A stretch of DNA of 64,000 nucleotides from NCBI RefSeq assembly GCF_018350175.1, contig NC_058368.1, positions 16,804,001 to 16,868,000 of the forward strand, given 5' to 3'. Source of the stretch: Felis catus. Taxonomy: Eukaryota. Positions 50,525-62,945 of this stretch are shown here, one piece after another. A program made the position numbers and the translations under genes. Under the pieces are notes generated by a model. That model was given only the letters and a program-made list of their open reading frames with translations, searched no databases and was not told the DNA's origin. The number at the start of each line of letters is the position of its first letter. The first letter of the stretch is position 1.

Positions 50525-50895
50525 ATAAAAGTCAGTCAGAGAAAGACAGATATCATATGTTCTCATTCATATGCGGATCTTGAGAAACTTAACAGAAGAC
50601 CATGGGGGAAGGGAAGGGGAAAAAACAAACAGAGAGGGAGGGAGGCTAACCATAAGAGACTCTTAAATACAGAGGACAAACTGAGAATGGATGGGGGGGG
50701 GCGGTGCAAGAGAGGGGAAAATGGGTGATGGGCATTGAGGAGGGCACTTGTTGGGATGAGCACTGGGTGTTGTATGGAAGTGATGAACCACAGGAATCTA
50801 CCCCCAAAACAAAGAGAACACTGTACACGCTGTATGTTAGCCAATTTGACAGTAAATTATAAATACATACATACATACATACATACATACATAAA
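50525..50895 (+). mobile_element. Feline L1 3' end, 5'-truncated, with a (TACA)n tail
   Basis: cagtcagagaaagacagatatcatatg...gggatgagcactgggtgttgtatggaa...gccaatttgacagtaaatt. Confidence 0.92.
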
Positions 50896-52187
50896 TGTAA
50901 AAGTACATGAAATCAACTATTGGTAAAAAATAATTACCAGGAGTGCAAAGGCACCAAGTCCGAACGTAAGAAGAAGAACTTCAGCAGAGAGAGACACTGG
51001 ACACAAAGGAATAACCATGACCTATGCTTTCTGGTGATTCAAGTCCCATATTGATGACAAGGATTAGATGTCATCTCCCTCCCCCTGAAATATTTTTGTC
51101 AAACTATAATCCTGCCTTGAGCCCTCTATGTGCTAGTCATTTATACACTTTCTAAATGTCTGTCCAAAGTATGGGTGCATTCAGAGTTTCTATTAATTTT
51201 TACAATTTGGCAGTTGATATATTTTCAGAAAATCATTCCACTGAGACATCAAGATGTACTAACAAACAGTTGTTTATCATCTATTACAGGTCTTCTAAGA
51301 TCTCCTTCCTTCCCTGCAATCTCGTGAAGTCTAAAAATAGACCAGTTGTGCAGACATGTTAAAATAAGTGTAATTTTGTTCCTTCATCTGTAATCTGACT
51401 TTCAACAAATGTCATTCATCCATAATGCAACACTTGAAATTGCTGCTAAATTCATATTTTATGAAATAAAGCATAAAGAAATCCATAGGAACCTGTCCTG
51501 GTAATTTATGGGGCCTCACTCTTCAGAAACCCAATACACATCACGTGAACTGAGAGAAGTCTGCCCCTAATTTTTTTTTCTCCTCCTAAAATTCTAGTAG
51601 TATTAGAAGCACAGAATTAAAATTAAAAAATTTACATTGTATGATACTTATCGACTTTATTTTCCAGACTTTGCAGGTTTATTTTATTTTTTCTCATTTT
51701 TCACGTGGGGATCTCTTTGGGGTTAAGGCTCAATCACCTGTGTCACAGGAAGACATTTTATTTTAGACAAAAACTTCTTAATTGTGCCTGAAATATGCTT
51801 TATATACTGTAACATGGATGGAAAAGCTTGTAGAAATTTCTAAATTACTGTAAAATACGCACGAATCTTCTCTTTACTTTCAGGAGGTATTCTTGCCAGT
51901 TCCAACCCCACCTGCCATTTTGGGCACTTGTGAGAATTTTAAAAGGAGATATTGGAAGAGGTGAGTCCTTGGTGTTTTCATTTATGTTAAGATCTTCCCA
52001 GAAGTTCCCATCCTTTGATCTTAAAAATAATTAATTGGTGTAAAATATAAAATATATTTTATATATATACATATATATATTCTTTATGTACTATATATAT
52101 TCTTAGGAGAATCCATGAAGCCATTTTAAGGAAGGCAAATGAAAAGTCTACCTAAAAATATAAATAAATACTTCCTTTTATTTATTT

Positions 52188-52292
52188 GGGGGTCACCTAG
52201 TTGGCTTAGTTGGTAGAACATGCGACTCTTGATCTCAGAATCATGAGTCCAAGCCCCACATTGGGTGTAAAGCCTACTGAAAAAAGAAAAAA
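52188..52292 (+). mobile_element. Short CAN-SINE (tRNA-like head plus A tail, no CT tract)
   Basis: ggcttagttggtagaacatgcgactcttgatctcag...caagccccacattgggtgta followed by an A-rich tail. Confidence 0.85.
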
Positions 52293-52673
52293 ACAAATAA
52301 TTCAAGGAAGACAAATGAAACAGAACTGAACAATCACCATAGATTAAATTTATGGCATGCATTCCTGAGATTCTTGTAGTCTCTTTTACTAAAAATATAA
52401 AATATATAAAAACTTTAAATATATACATAAGAAAAAACACTCTGCTCCTTTTCAGATTCTCTTATTCATTAAAATGTGGAAACTGTTGTTTCAAGAATGT
52501 TCTAAAGTTTTACAAAGGAGTAAAGCAACACTTCTGGAAGAGAGTGTGTTATCTCTAGACAATCTGCCTTAATTCCAACTTGATAATAATGAGTAACTCA
52601 TGAAAATGTAAGGAGCTGGGTTGTATCCACAACCCAATGCATGAGCTGACTTTCTTAAGAAAAAACCTTCAGA

Positions 52674-52873
52674 GGGGCATCTGGGTGGCTCAGTTTAAGC
52701 GGCCAACTCTTGATTTCGGCTCAGGTCGTGAGCTCACAGCTCCTGAGACTGAGCCCCTTGTGAGATGGATCCCTGTGTCAGTATCTGGGCTGACAGGAAG
52801 AAGCCTGCTTGGGATTCCCTCTCTCTCTTCTCTACCTCACCCCCCCTCGAAATAAGTAAATAAACTTAAAAAA
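52674..52873 (+). mobile_element. CAN-SINE (older)
   Basis: ggggcatctgggtggctcag head and A tail. Confidence 0.92.
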
Positions 52874-53071
52874 AGAAGAAAATATCTTTAGAGACACCAA
52901 AAATATCTTTTTCCTTTATTACTAGATATTTGTTTCAGGAGTGATCAGAGAGCATTTATTAACTTATCAGAGATAATGCTTATAATGTTTGTAGATAGTA
53001 ATAATGCTCACAGTAGATAGATGGATGGATAGATAGATAGATAGGTATCATATTTTGTTAAGAATTGTTTT

Positions 53072-53290
53072 GGGGCACCTGGGTGGCTCAGTCGGTCGAG
53101 CGTCCGACTTCGGCTTAGGTCATGGTCTCATGGTCTGTGAGTTCAAGCCCCACGTCGGGCTCTGTGCTGACAGCTCAGAGCCTGGAGCCTGCTTCGGATT
53201 CTGTGTCTCCCTCTCTCTCTGCCCTCCCCCGCTCATGCTCTGTCTCTCTCTCTCTGTCAAAAATAAATAAAACATTAAAAAATTAAAAAA
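53072..53290 (+). mobile_element. CAN-SINE
   Basis: TSD aagaattgtttt at 53060-53071 and 53291-53302. Confidence 0.97.
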
Positions 53291-54187
53291 AAGAATTGTT
53301 TTAAATTTTAGCATTTAAAAATTATATTAGTAACAGCAATTTAGACTTCACACTATGTTTTCTTGTTTTTTTACTTCCATTTTTTAAATTAACATTTTCT
53401 TACCATATTCGGTTATTTCAAACATCTTTGGTCGACTAAAATACTCCTTTAAGTAATGGTTTTCAAAAAAAATATGTATGTGTAAGAGCTGTATGTATGT
53501 ATGTATGGTAATTTTTCAAGGAATTTCAGCATGAATGAGATGCTTGCCTAGATGTTAAGTGCTATAACCAGTCTTTTCCCCTTGGAAATTCTATTAATAT
53601 ATTAACTTCTTTAAACTCACAAAGAAAAACTCAGATTTTATTTATGCATTTGAGTGTCTATATTTTCCTTGCTGAATATTTCCAAGATATGTTTTTCCTT
53701 GACAGACAAATATCCATTCAGTTATGTTTAGACACCTGTACATTTTTTTTTTCATAATTGGTGATCTTTTACAATTTACAGATTCCCTCTTCTGGTAAAA
53801 ATCAACACCAACCAAAATACTTCCCTAATAATCTGTAACAAAAAGAAATGAAGGAACCAGAAATGGAGAGTAATCCAGTTGAGGAGTACGTGATAACCAT
53901 TTTGAATTTGGATGTTATAATAGGAAGAAGTAAACCAGGCTTCGTAGTCTGTTAAAGCTCCAGTTAGCCCAGAGGTTCCAGCCGTTCCAAAAGGAGGTCA
54001 GTTAATGGAGGCATTTACCAAACCAAGGTAAGCTAAGCAGAGACACCTCTCCAGTAGCTATCAGAATGTTCTCAAACATGTAACATATTTTTTTTTCCTC
54101 CATTCCCCACTCTGGTCATTCTCAGTATAATTTTGTATTAAGAAATGCATGGATTATGTTGCAAGTAAAAAGCTTATTAAAGTTCTC

Positions 54188-54347
54188 TTTTTTTAGAGTC
54201 TATTTATTTATTTTGAGAGATAGAGTGTATGTGTCTCTATCAGTGCAGAGCCTGACACGGAGCTCAAATCCATGGACCGTGAAGATCATGACCTGAGCCG
54301 AAATCAAAAGCCAGTCCTTCAACCGACTGAGCCACCCAGGTGCCCCT
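54188..54347 (-). mobile_element. CAN-SINE (internally deleted)
   Basis: aaccgactgagccacccaggtgcccc head; CT/AG tract largely absent. Confidence 0.9.
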
Positions 54348-55172
54348 TTACTGAAATTCTTATAAGCAGTGAAACTCAGACTCCAACCTAATTTACATAG
54401 TACAATAACAAACAAGACCGAAAATAAGATTTTGTATGAAACGATTTTATTAAGTTTTCAATTCTAAGAAGGATTTTTCCAGATAAAACCTTAGGTGAAA
54501 TAACTTCAGTTATAGCTATTTTTGTGAATCTCTGAAGTTAGGCTTTTATGTTGTGTATATACTGATATATGTACTTAAGCCTATCAAAAAGCATCACTAA
54601 ATGCCTTTGAACTTTCTTGTTGTGTAATCAACAAATCTAATGCCACACAGTAAGGGGCAAATACTAAGGCAAAGATCTTTACAATTATCTGGAGATAAGC
54701 GTAAGGAATATAGTGTGCATTCGCTAATGCCTGCAATATTTCAGAATTTTCTCTTACCACCCTTTATTATGACATCAAAATCTGAAGACAGGAAACAAGG
54801 ACAGGAAAACTTGTCTTCTTGAGATTTTATCTGCAGTCCCAGTGATGTGGAATATATCTCATTTCTCTAACCCCACAAAATTCACCTCAGAGAGTGATAT
54901 TCTCTACTAATAGTAAACAGAAATAGTAAATAGAAATAGTAAATAGAAATTCCAAGGTGTGGCTCCATAAGCATTCTGCCATTAACAGACCATAATAGTC
55001 CTGTTCCCACATTTGAAGTTCGACTCCTGCTCCTCAACAGAGGACCATTTATACCTGATTAAATAAGATGTGTCTTTATATACAACATATTACAGACTGG
55101 TTTGCATAGCAGTTTTGTCCATTCATAGCCTGGTGGAAAATGAGACTGATTCCTATTAAAACTATAGGCAAG

Positions 55173-55380
55173 GGGCACCTGGGTGGCTCAGTCGGTTAAG
55201 TGTCGGACTTTGGCTCAGGTCATGATCTCACGGTTCATGGGTTCGAGCTCTGCATTGGGCTCTGTGTTGACAGCTCAGAGCCTGGAGCCTGCTTTGAATT
55301 CTGTCTCCCTCTTTCCTTGTCCCTCCCCCACTCATGCACGCACGCACACGCACTCTCTCTCAAAAATATATACATATAAA
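55173..55380 (+). mobile_element. CAN-SINE
   Basis: Near-TSD aaaactataggcaa / aaaactatatgcaa. Confidence 0.95.
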
Positions 55381-55764
55381 AAAACTATATGCAAAATATA
55401 GGGGTGTTGTCATAACACGTAATATAATACCTAGCCATCATCCCAGGTAGTTCTGTTTCTTAAAACGTCAATCGTTATAATTCAAATTCTTGTGTGACAA
55501 TCATAGACTGCACCCAACCTAAAATTTTAATTAAATTATTTACAGATAATTATTAAAACTAGAAAAATTCAAGCTTAGAGTCCCTTGTTAAAGAAGAGTT
55601 GTAATTTCTCGAAGTTGAACCTATTGCAAAAGGTACTCTGGGTTACTAGAGTGATCATCTGTAAATTCCCCTGAGGGTTTATTACCTTTCGAGAAGTTAC
55701 AAGAATTCATCTAAGATTACCTACATGATGCTTTCCCTCAAAGTGGATTCTGGAGGAATGTGCT

Positions 55765-56200
55765 TGTGTGAGTTTTCTATACCATGCAGCAAACTAGCAT
55801 AAATTTAGGAGCTTAAAACAACACATCTTTATTACCTCAGCTTCTGTGGGTCAGAAGTCCAGACACTGCTTATGTTTAACAAGGCTGGAGGTGATGTGGC
55901 AGCCAGGCTGGGATTTCATCATGGACTCAAACGGAGGAAGACCTGTTTCCAAGCTCCTCCCAGGGCACTTGCAGCTTCAAAACCAGCAAGGTGACTGTGC
56001 ACACACACACCCATGGAGGCTCTGGCAAAATGAGCCCTATCCTGTGTGTGCATGTACGCATAATCCTGTACAGCCTCATCACCCTTGCTGTGGGGTGTAA
56101 ACAAGTCAGAGGTCCAACCTGAACACAAGCAGAGAGGATCATAAAAAAGCATGAGTGTGAGAAGGTGAGAATGTGAGTCGCCTTAAGTCTGTGCACTGCA
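55765..56200 (-). mobile_element. MaLR LTR (MLT1F-like)
   Basis: gcttaaaacaacacatctttattacctcagcttctgtgggtcagaagtcc...aagtcagaggtcc; TG...CA-like ends. Confidence 0.8.
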
Positions 56201-56248
56201 GTGTTCTCCTATGGAGAAATCACCCTGGGAACTGTATTTCTTGGCTTT

Positions 56249-56460
56249 TTTTAAGTTTATTTCTTTATTTATTTTTGAGAGAGAGAGCATGAGCGGGGAA
56301 GGACAGAGAGAGGGAGAGAGACAGAGAGAGAATCCCAAGTAGGCTCTGCACTGTCAGCACAAAGCCCGAGAGGGGGCTTGGTCTCACGAAACCGTGAGAT
56401 CACGACCTGAGCTGAAACCAGGAGTCAGACGCTTCACTGACTGAGCCATCCAGGTGCGCC
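56249..56460 (-). mobile_element. CAN-SINE
   Basis: Near-TSD tatttcttggcttt / tatttctttgcttt. Confidence 0.95.
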
Positions 56461-57209
56461 TATTTCTTTGCTTTATAAATTTGCAACCTCTGGTTTGTCA
56501 TGCTATGCTTCCAATAAAATTACAGAGGTCGGTTAGAGCACCACACCATTCAAAGGACTTGTTCTGGCTTGTATAATTATGATTTACTCACTCGAGGATT
56601 AGGGACAGAGCAACAAGTGGTCTGAACAAAGTGCCACAGAAAATAGTACATAATAAAATAGGGAAAGACGTCCTTCATAGCTTGTCATAGGTTCTGATAA
56701 TCTTATGCATATAAAATATTGACATAATACTGGTAGAAAAGGTATTTGCCAATCTCCGAGGGGAATTAATTAATCAATTCGTTATGCTAATAATTAAATA
56801 TGTTAATACATTATAAAATTAATCCAATGTAATTATTAATTATCACCAGAAGTAAGCATATATCTTTGCTTTGTTATCGGTACGATTTTCAGATTTTAAT
56901 AATATAATTATGTTAATATAAACTGTGTTGGTCTTTAATGCCAACTTAAAACTAATTGCTAAGATTTCTAATTAATTTTGAAAGATTAAAGGTATTTAAT
57001 AAGTGACATTACTCACATTTAATGGAAGTAATAACATATGTGATCACCAAATTGCTATATGAAATATTTGAAGTTAAAATTAATTAGGCTTTCTATGAGA
57101 AAATTAACCCAAGTCTCACATAAACTTGATATCATGCTTTCATTACATTTCAGACTGAGAGAAAAATCAAGACAAGATTATATAGCTATCCCTTAAACAG
57201 AAACAAATA

Positions 57210-57368
57210 GGGGTGCCTGGGTGGCTCAGTCCGTTGAGCGTCCCACTTCATCTCAGGTCATGATCTCGCAGTCTGTGGGTTCGAGCCCCGTGTCGGGCTC
57301 TGTGGTGACAGCTCAGAGCCTGGAGACTGCTTCAGATTCTGTGTCTCCTTCTCTCTCTGCCCCTCCCT

Positions 57369-57423
<55 letters not shown>

Positions 57424-57446
57424 AAAAATAAACATTAAAAAAAAAC
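57210..57446 (+). mobile_element. CAN-SINE with an expanded (CT)~22
   Basis: TSD cagaaacaaata at 57198-57209 and 57447-57458. Confidence 0.97.
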
Positions 57447-58169
57447 CAGAAACAAATAAATTGATCTAATAAGTCCAAGGATTTATTTTAATTTGGTATA
57501 TTCACTAACATGGATCTGAATGTAATTCTGCATGCATTTACATTAAAGTCTTCAAATATGTTTATAAATCTCTACTGAAATGTTCTTACTACTTTTTTGA
57601 GGATAAGTAATTGCTAGCAGCTAGACTGAGAAATTCTGCATTTCTTTGCTTCATATAATAAAGTTAGCAATTAGCCTTAACCAATTCATATCTTGATTCT
57701 CTGAGGTTAGTCTACTACTAGAGGGGACTTTTTCTTAAAAATTCTGTCTTCTTTTGGACTAGATATTGTTCACTGTTTAATGTTATGTCCTTTGTAGGAT
57801 TGTTGGTTATACCTTATTGTTTTGTGTTTATAGAGATTGCTTTAGGGTTTCCAGTAGCCACTGGTTCCATACGTAGAGAGCTTGGAGATTACCCCTCTGT
57901 CCTGAAAGTAAAAAGCCAAACAGACTGAAAAATCAAAACTCCTCGTGGATCCCTAACGAAGGAGAGGACAGAGGGCAAGCCCCTTCCGTAGGCACTATCG
58001 GCTTATTCCATGTTTGATCTATCTCATTGAGGACCTCAGCTTCTCCTGAGATTCCTTATCTTACAGAGTGACTCAAACTTGCATTTCTCCATGGTCTGAC
58101 TCCACAGTGAGCCTACCTTTTATGGTTGCCAAATGTCTTGAAGGCAACAAAGAAAGGCTCCACCCCAGA

Positions 58170-58520
58170 GAATACCTGTGCCCTCTACTCCACATCGTTT
58201 CACAGCAGCCCAGTTTATCTTTGGTGATTTGAATCAATCACCCCATCCAGGAAAGTAATTTCCCTCTTTCTTTGCATGCAAAGCCGGGAGGCTGTCTCAG
58301 CTTCTAATTCAGTGGAGCCATTGTTGGCTCCCTTGGCAGAAACATCCCCGCCCCCCTTGGTGGTAAGAACCTCCAAACCAGCAGAGCTCAAAGTTGTAAA
58401 CAAAACCCAGCAATTCCATGAATGGATTATTAGATAGATGAATGACAGGAAACTGTCCACCTTCCCTTTCTTGATTTCCAGACCCGTGTATCCTGGCTAT
58501 GGGAGAAATAAATTGGTCAT
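58170..58520 (-). mobile_element. Class III ERV (ERV-L or related) internal fragment: integrase end and dUTPase remnant
   Basis: Minus-strand SPIARIHGSGNQ, TLSSAGLEVL and ITFLDGVIDSNHQ resemble ERV-L SPIARIHGSRNQ, TLxSAGLEVL and VTVLAGVIDPDYQ. Confidence 0.8.
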
Positions 58521-58630
58521 TTTTAAGGTAAAAACAAATCTGCCCTATGAACTCAAGTTCCCACCTATTGGGCACGCTCCTTACCATGGTTGTAGCTACT
58601 GAGGTACCTGTGTAAAAATAAAGACCTCAT

Positions 58631-58850
58631 GGGGCACTTGGGTGGCTAGGTTGATTTCAGCTCAGGTCATGATCTCATGGTTCGTGAGTTTGAGCCCCGC
58701 ATGGGACTCTGTGCCAACAGCACAGAGCCTGCTTGGGATTCTCTCTCTCCCTCTCTCTCTCTGCCCCTCCCCCACTTGTGCTCTCTCTCTCTCTCCCTCT
58801 CTCTCTCTCCACGCCTCTCTCTCAAATAAATAAGCTTAAGAAATAAAAAG
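58631..58850 (+). mobile_element. CAN-SINE
   Basis: ggggcacttgggtggct head; near-TSD taaagacctc / taaagacatc. Confidence 0.94.
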
Positions 58851-59769
58851 TAAAGACATCTTCAGAAAATAATTTGAAACCTACTGCTCTAGGAGGATTA
58901 TAAACTGACAAAACACCATTTCTTCTAACTGTTTCCCAACCTATGTCATAATGGTGTTTTCAGATGACCATTCTGCTCAACCACCAGTTCAGCCTGCAAA
59001 AAAGAAATGTAGTTTACAGAGTCCCATCTTCAGCATAATAGAATAAAGCAGAACACAGAATAGTGATTTGGAATCAAGAGACAATAGTTTATTAACCACC
59101 GTTACGGTCCTGAAGGAAAGATAGGGTACAGACACCGTATGCTTATGGATCACAAGTCTCTTGGACTTTCTAAGGGTTATGATATTAGAAAGTTATGATA
59201 TTAGAAAGGCAATGCAACAATTTCATTTTTAAAACATCACTGTGGCTATGGAACATTGTTTTTAAATACCTCTTTAAAAGAATTCCCCAAAATAAAATGT
59301 GGTAAGAGTAGATTGACTCTACTTTAAATTGTGAGCTGGAGCTCTGTCTATGTCCTACTATATCAGCTGTGCCTCGAGACATTTATGCAGTTGGTAGCTG
59401 TCTGAAGAAAAAAGTTGGAAAATTCTTGTTCGAGCAAGTAATTGAAAGTGTAAGTTTGACCCTGTGCATAGACTGGACATTGGTCTGAGACAATACTGGC
59501 ATTGGGGCTTCAATAATCATTACAGGGTTAACATTTCTGAAATACTGTTTGTACAAATGCAAAGCCCAAATTTATTCTTTTGAAGGTTGTTCTCCTTTTT
59601 TTCCCCGTAAATTATTCCAAAAGTGCACACTGTTGAGACTCAGATAAGAAACAAGATAATCTTAGGCAATGGAATTTTCCTCCAAGTGTCAATGAAGCAA
59701 AACAGTCAAAATTACATGGGCGTGGGGAGTTTTTCATTATGGCTCATTTTGACAATTTCTATTGGTTAT

Positions 59770-59900
59770 CACAATCAAACTACCTCTCGAGGAGCCTCTC
59801 TGGGAGATTGATTCAGTGTCTGGAGTTGTGCCCAGGCTTTGGTATTTTCAAAAGCTCCACAGAAGATCCTGGATATCAGCCACATTTGGGAACAACATAT
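59770..59900. mobile_element. MER5-like hAT remnant
   Basis: gattgattcagtgtctggag...cccagg...tattttcaaaagctcc. Confidence 0.45.
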
Positions 59901-60919
59901 CTGAATGTCTCTAGGAAGGACTTTAATGAGAGCAAATTTATGGCAGTGCCTTACAATTGAACTAACTGGTCGATGAAAGGGTTGTGGCATATTATTACAA
60001 GAAAGATAATGTCACAATTATTTTAAAGAGTGAATTTTTTTTTACCAAACTAAGGATCAAAGAAAGGACTATTTAATTAACAATAATGTTCATCCAGCCA
60101 ATCACCAGCATATCTAGAAGAGGCCCCGCTGCACTTAGAAGATACTCGAATCTTTGCGTAGCATGGCTTGTTGTTTGTGAGTACATGCGTCTATGACAAG
60201 CATCCTCTATGAATTGAGCTTGCCAGAGACTTCCAGGACCCAGAAGACCTATCTGACATCTGCAGATCAGAGTGAGAAATTATCAAGTCTCCAGTTTCAT
60301 CACTGTGAAACGACCTCTTTCTGTGACCTATACCATTTCTCTTTCGTTGCCCAGACAATTCAGCTGCCAGGTTTTGTCATTAACAAACTTCATTCCGGGC
60401 CTTTCAGTGGAAATTTAGATAACAAGGATAGTCATTAAATGGTGTTTAGATGAATTTTCCCCCCAATTAGCAATTCAGCTCGATGAATCTGTCAACACAA
60501 ATCCTTGCATGTATATGCATTTTTTACTGCTTATTTCGAATGGGCATTCATTAAGCTCTTAATCACATTTATTTACTTTGTTATTTAGTTAGTTGCCACA
60601 ATCGTTTATATAAACATAGAATACATATATACGTATTATTGCTTACAGAGTACCCACCCAAAGCATCATACAAAATATTAATTTCGCATGCTCTAAACTG
60701 TCGTGGGAAGGTGAGAAATATTCAGAGGGTGTGAAGAACTATGGATCGTATTCATACCAACACGGAATCAAAGAGAACAGACTGAATTTATTTCCTTCCT
60801 TTGGGTTGAGATGATGCCTTTGGGAATAGGAAATCAAGAATCGGAGTCTAAAATAACAAGATAATAACCGCAAAATAACCAGAGGCAGCAGCAGCAACAG
60901 CAGCATTAACATTCATCAT

Positions 60920-61145
60920 CACAATTAACATTATCATTGAAGCTTCTATTTAATAAGAATCTAAAACGTGAGGCAGTGTTAACACTTTACATTCTTTTTA
61001 AATTTTAATTATATTTAATCATCCCATTGGCTCCATAAAGTAAATATTATGATCCTCATTTAACAAATGGAACATTGGGAAGTTAAGTAGTTTGCCTCCG
61101 GCGACACAGCTAGAAAGGGATGCAGTTAGGATCCCAATCCAAGCT
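60920..61145 (-). mobile_element. MIR fragment
   Basis: aatattatgatcctcatttaacaaatggaacattggga...gttaagtagtttgcc...cacagctaga. Confidence 0.7.
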
Positions 61146-62384
61146 TTTATGAAACTGAGTTAGACCTGAAGATGCCTGTGCTTGGCTGACACGGTATTGG
61201 AATGTTTTGTTTTATGTGAACGTGTCCAGGGGCACGCTGATTCTCCTGTCTTTTTCTTCCTTTATTCCTCCTTCAATTGTTTAGCTTTGGGTTAAGTGCA
61301 TATTTTACACTGTTGATTTTAATTCTTCTTCTCATTTTTTTGCTCACTTATTAACTATAGGGTTTTAAGTTCTTTTCTCAGTGGTTGCTCCGAAGATTAC
61401 AGTATGGATCTTAATGGATCATAATCTATTTCAGAATAATACTAATGCTGCCAACAAACACAAACTTTGCTTCAAAGCAGCCTCATTCCCTTCTCTCTCT
61501 CTCTCTCTTATGCCATGATGGTCATATACATCTATTTGTAAGTACAAAAATCTGTAGTAGTGCCGTAATTATTGTCTTAAGCAATATTATGTGTCTTTAA
61601 AGTAGCTAAAAAAAGAAATGAAAAATATGTCTGTTCAGTCTTTTATGTTTATCCCCAAGTTGACAATTTCAGGTGTTCTTCATTTCTCCCTGTGTGTTTT
61701 AGTCGCCGACTGAAATTGTTTCTTTTTAGCTCAAAGACTTTCCTTTATGTATCTCGTAAGGCATGTCCCTGGCAATAGATCTCCTCGGGATCTGTTTTTC
61801 TGGGAACATCTTCATTTGCTGTCATTGAAAAAACAATTTATGGAGGCATATTTTATGTATCATATAATTCAATGATTTCAAGTACACGATTCAAAGTTTT
61901 TAAAGTAAGTGTATCAAGTTGTGTATCTATTACCAGAAAACAATTTTAGAACATTTTCATCATCCCAATAAGATCTCTTAGGTCCATGAATTATCTCACC
62001 CCCTCCACCCCCAGCTCCAGGCAAACACTAACCTGCTCTCTGTCTTCACAGAATTTATTCCTCTGGACTATTCATAAAAAATAGAATCATGCAAAAATTG
62101 TTTTCCTGTCTCTGACCTCCTTCACCCAATGCAAAGCTTGTGAGGTTCATCTATGTCACATACATACAGCAGCGGTTTCTCCTCCTTCCCCCAATACTAG
62201 ACATCATTCTCCTGCAAAGAGACACCACACACTGTCCATCAATCTGGCCCGTAGACACCGACCTAGGTCATTCCCAACTCCTGGCCCCCATGAATATACA
62301 GCCACTAAGAATATGAATACACAGATTGTTATATGGATATATATTTTAATTTCTCCGGGTAAACATACACAGAAGTGAAGTTGC

Positions 62385-62945
62385 TGGGCTGAGTTCTTTC
62401 TCTAGGTTCTAGAGGAAAATCTCTTTGCCTCTTTCAGCCTTCGGAGCCTGCTGTTGGTTCATGGTCCTCTTCCATCATCTTCCAAGTCAGAAGTGGCAGG
62501 TTGACTTCTTTTCATATCACCTTATTCTGACTTCCTCTTCTGTCTCCCTCTTCCACCTTTAAAAAAAAGGTTTTGTTTTACTTTTTGAGAGAACGCGAGT
62601 CGGGGAGGGGCACAGAGAGAGGGTGACAGAGAATCTGAAACGTGCTTTGCGCCAACAGCAGCGAGCCGGATGTGGGGCTTGAACTCACTAACCAGGAGAT
62701 CATAACATTGGCTGAAGTTGGGCGCTCAACCTACTGAGCCACCCAGGTGCCCCTCCGCCTTCCACTTTTAAGGACTTTGCGATTATGTAAACTCACTGGA
62801 TTATATCTAGGATATCCTTATTTAAGATCAACTGATTGGCGAACTCAACTCCATCTGCAACCTTGGTTCTGGTTTTCAATGCAATGTAACATATGAGGTT
62901 TCAAGGAGTGGTACATGGACGTCAAATAGGGCCATTGTTCTAGAT
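62385..62945 (-). mobile_element. MLT1-type LTR fragment split by a SINE
   Basis: ttctagaggaaaatctctttgcc...cctcttccatc; aactccatctgcaacctt...gggccattgttct. Confidence 0.75.
62561..62753 (-). mobile_element. CAN-SINE
   Basis: Near-TSD cttccaccttta / cttccactttta. Confidence 0.94.

Noticed and set aside
52188..52292. tRNA-like sequence
   Set aside because: It is the tRNA-derived head of a short CAN-SINE with an A tail and degraded stems
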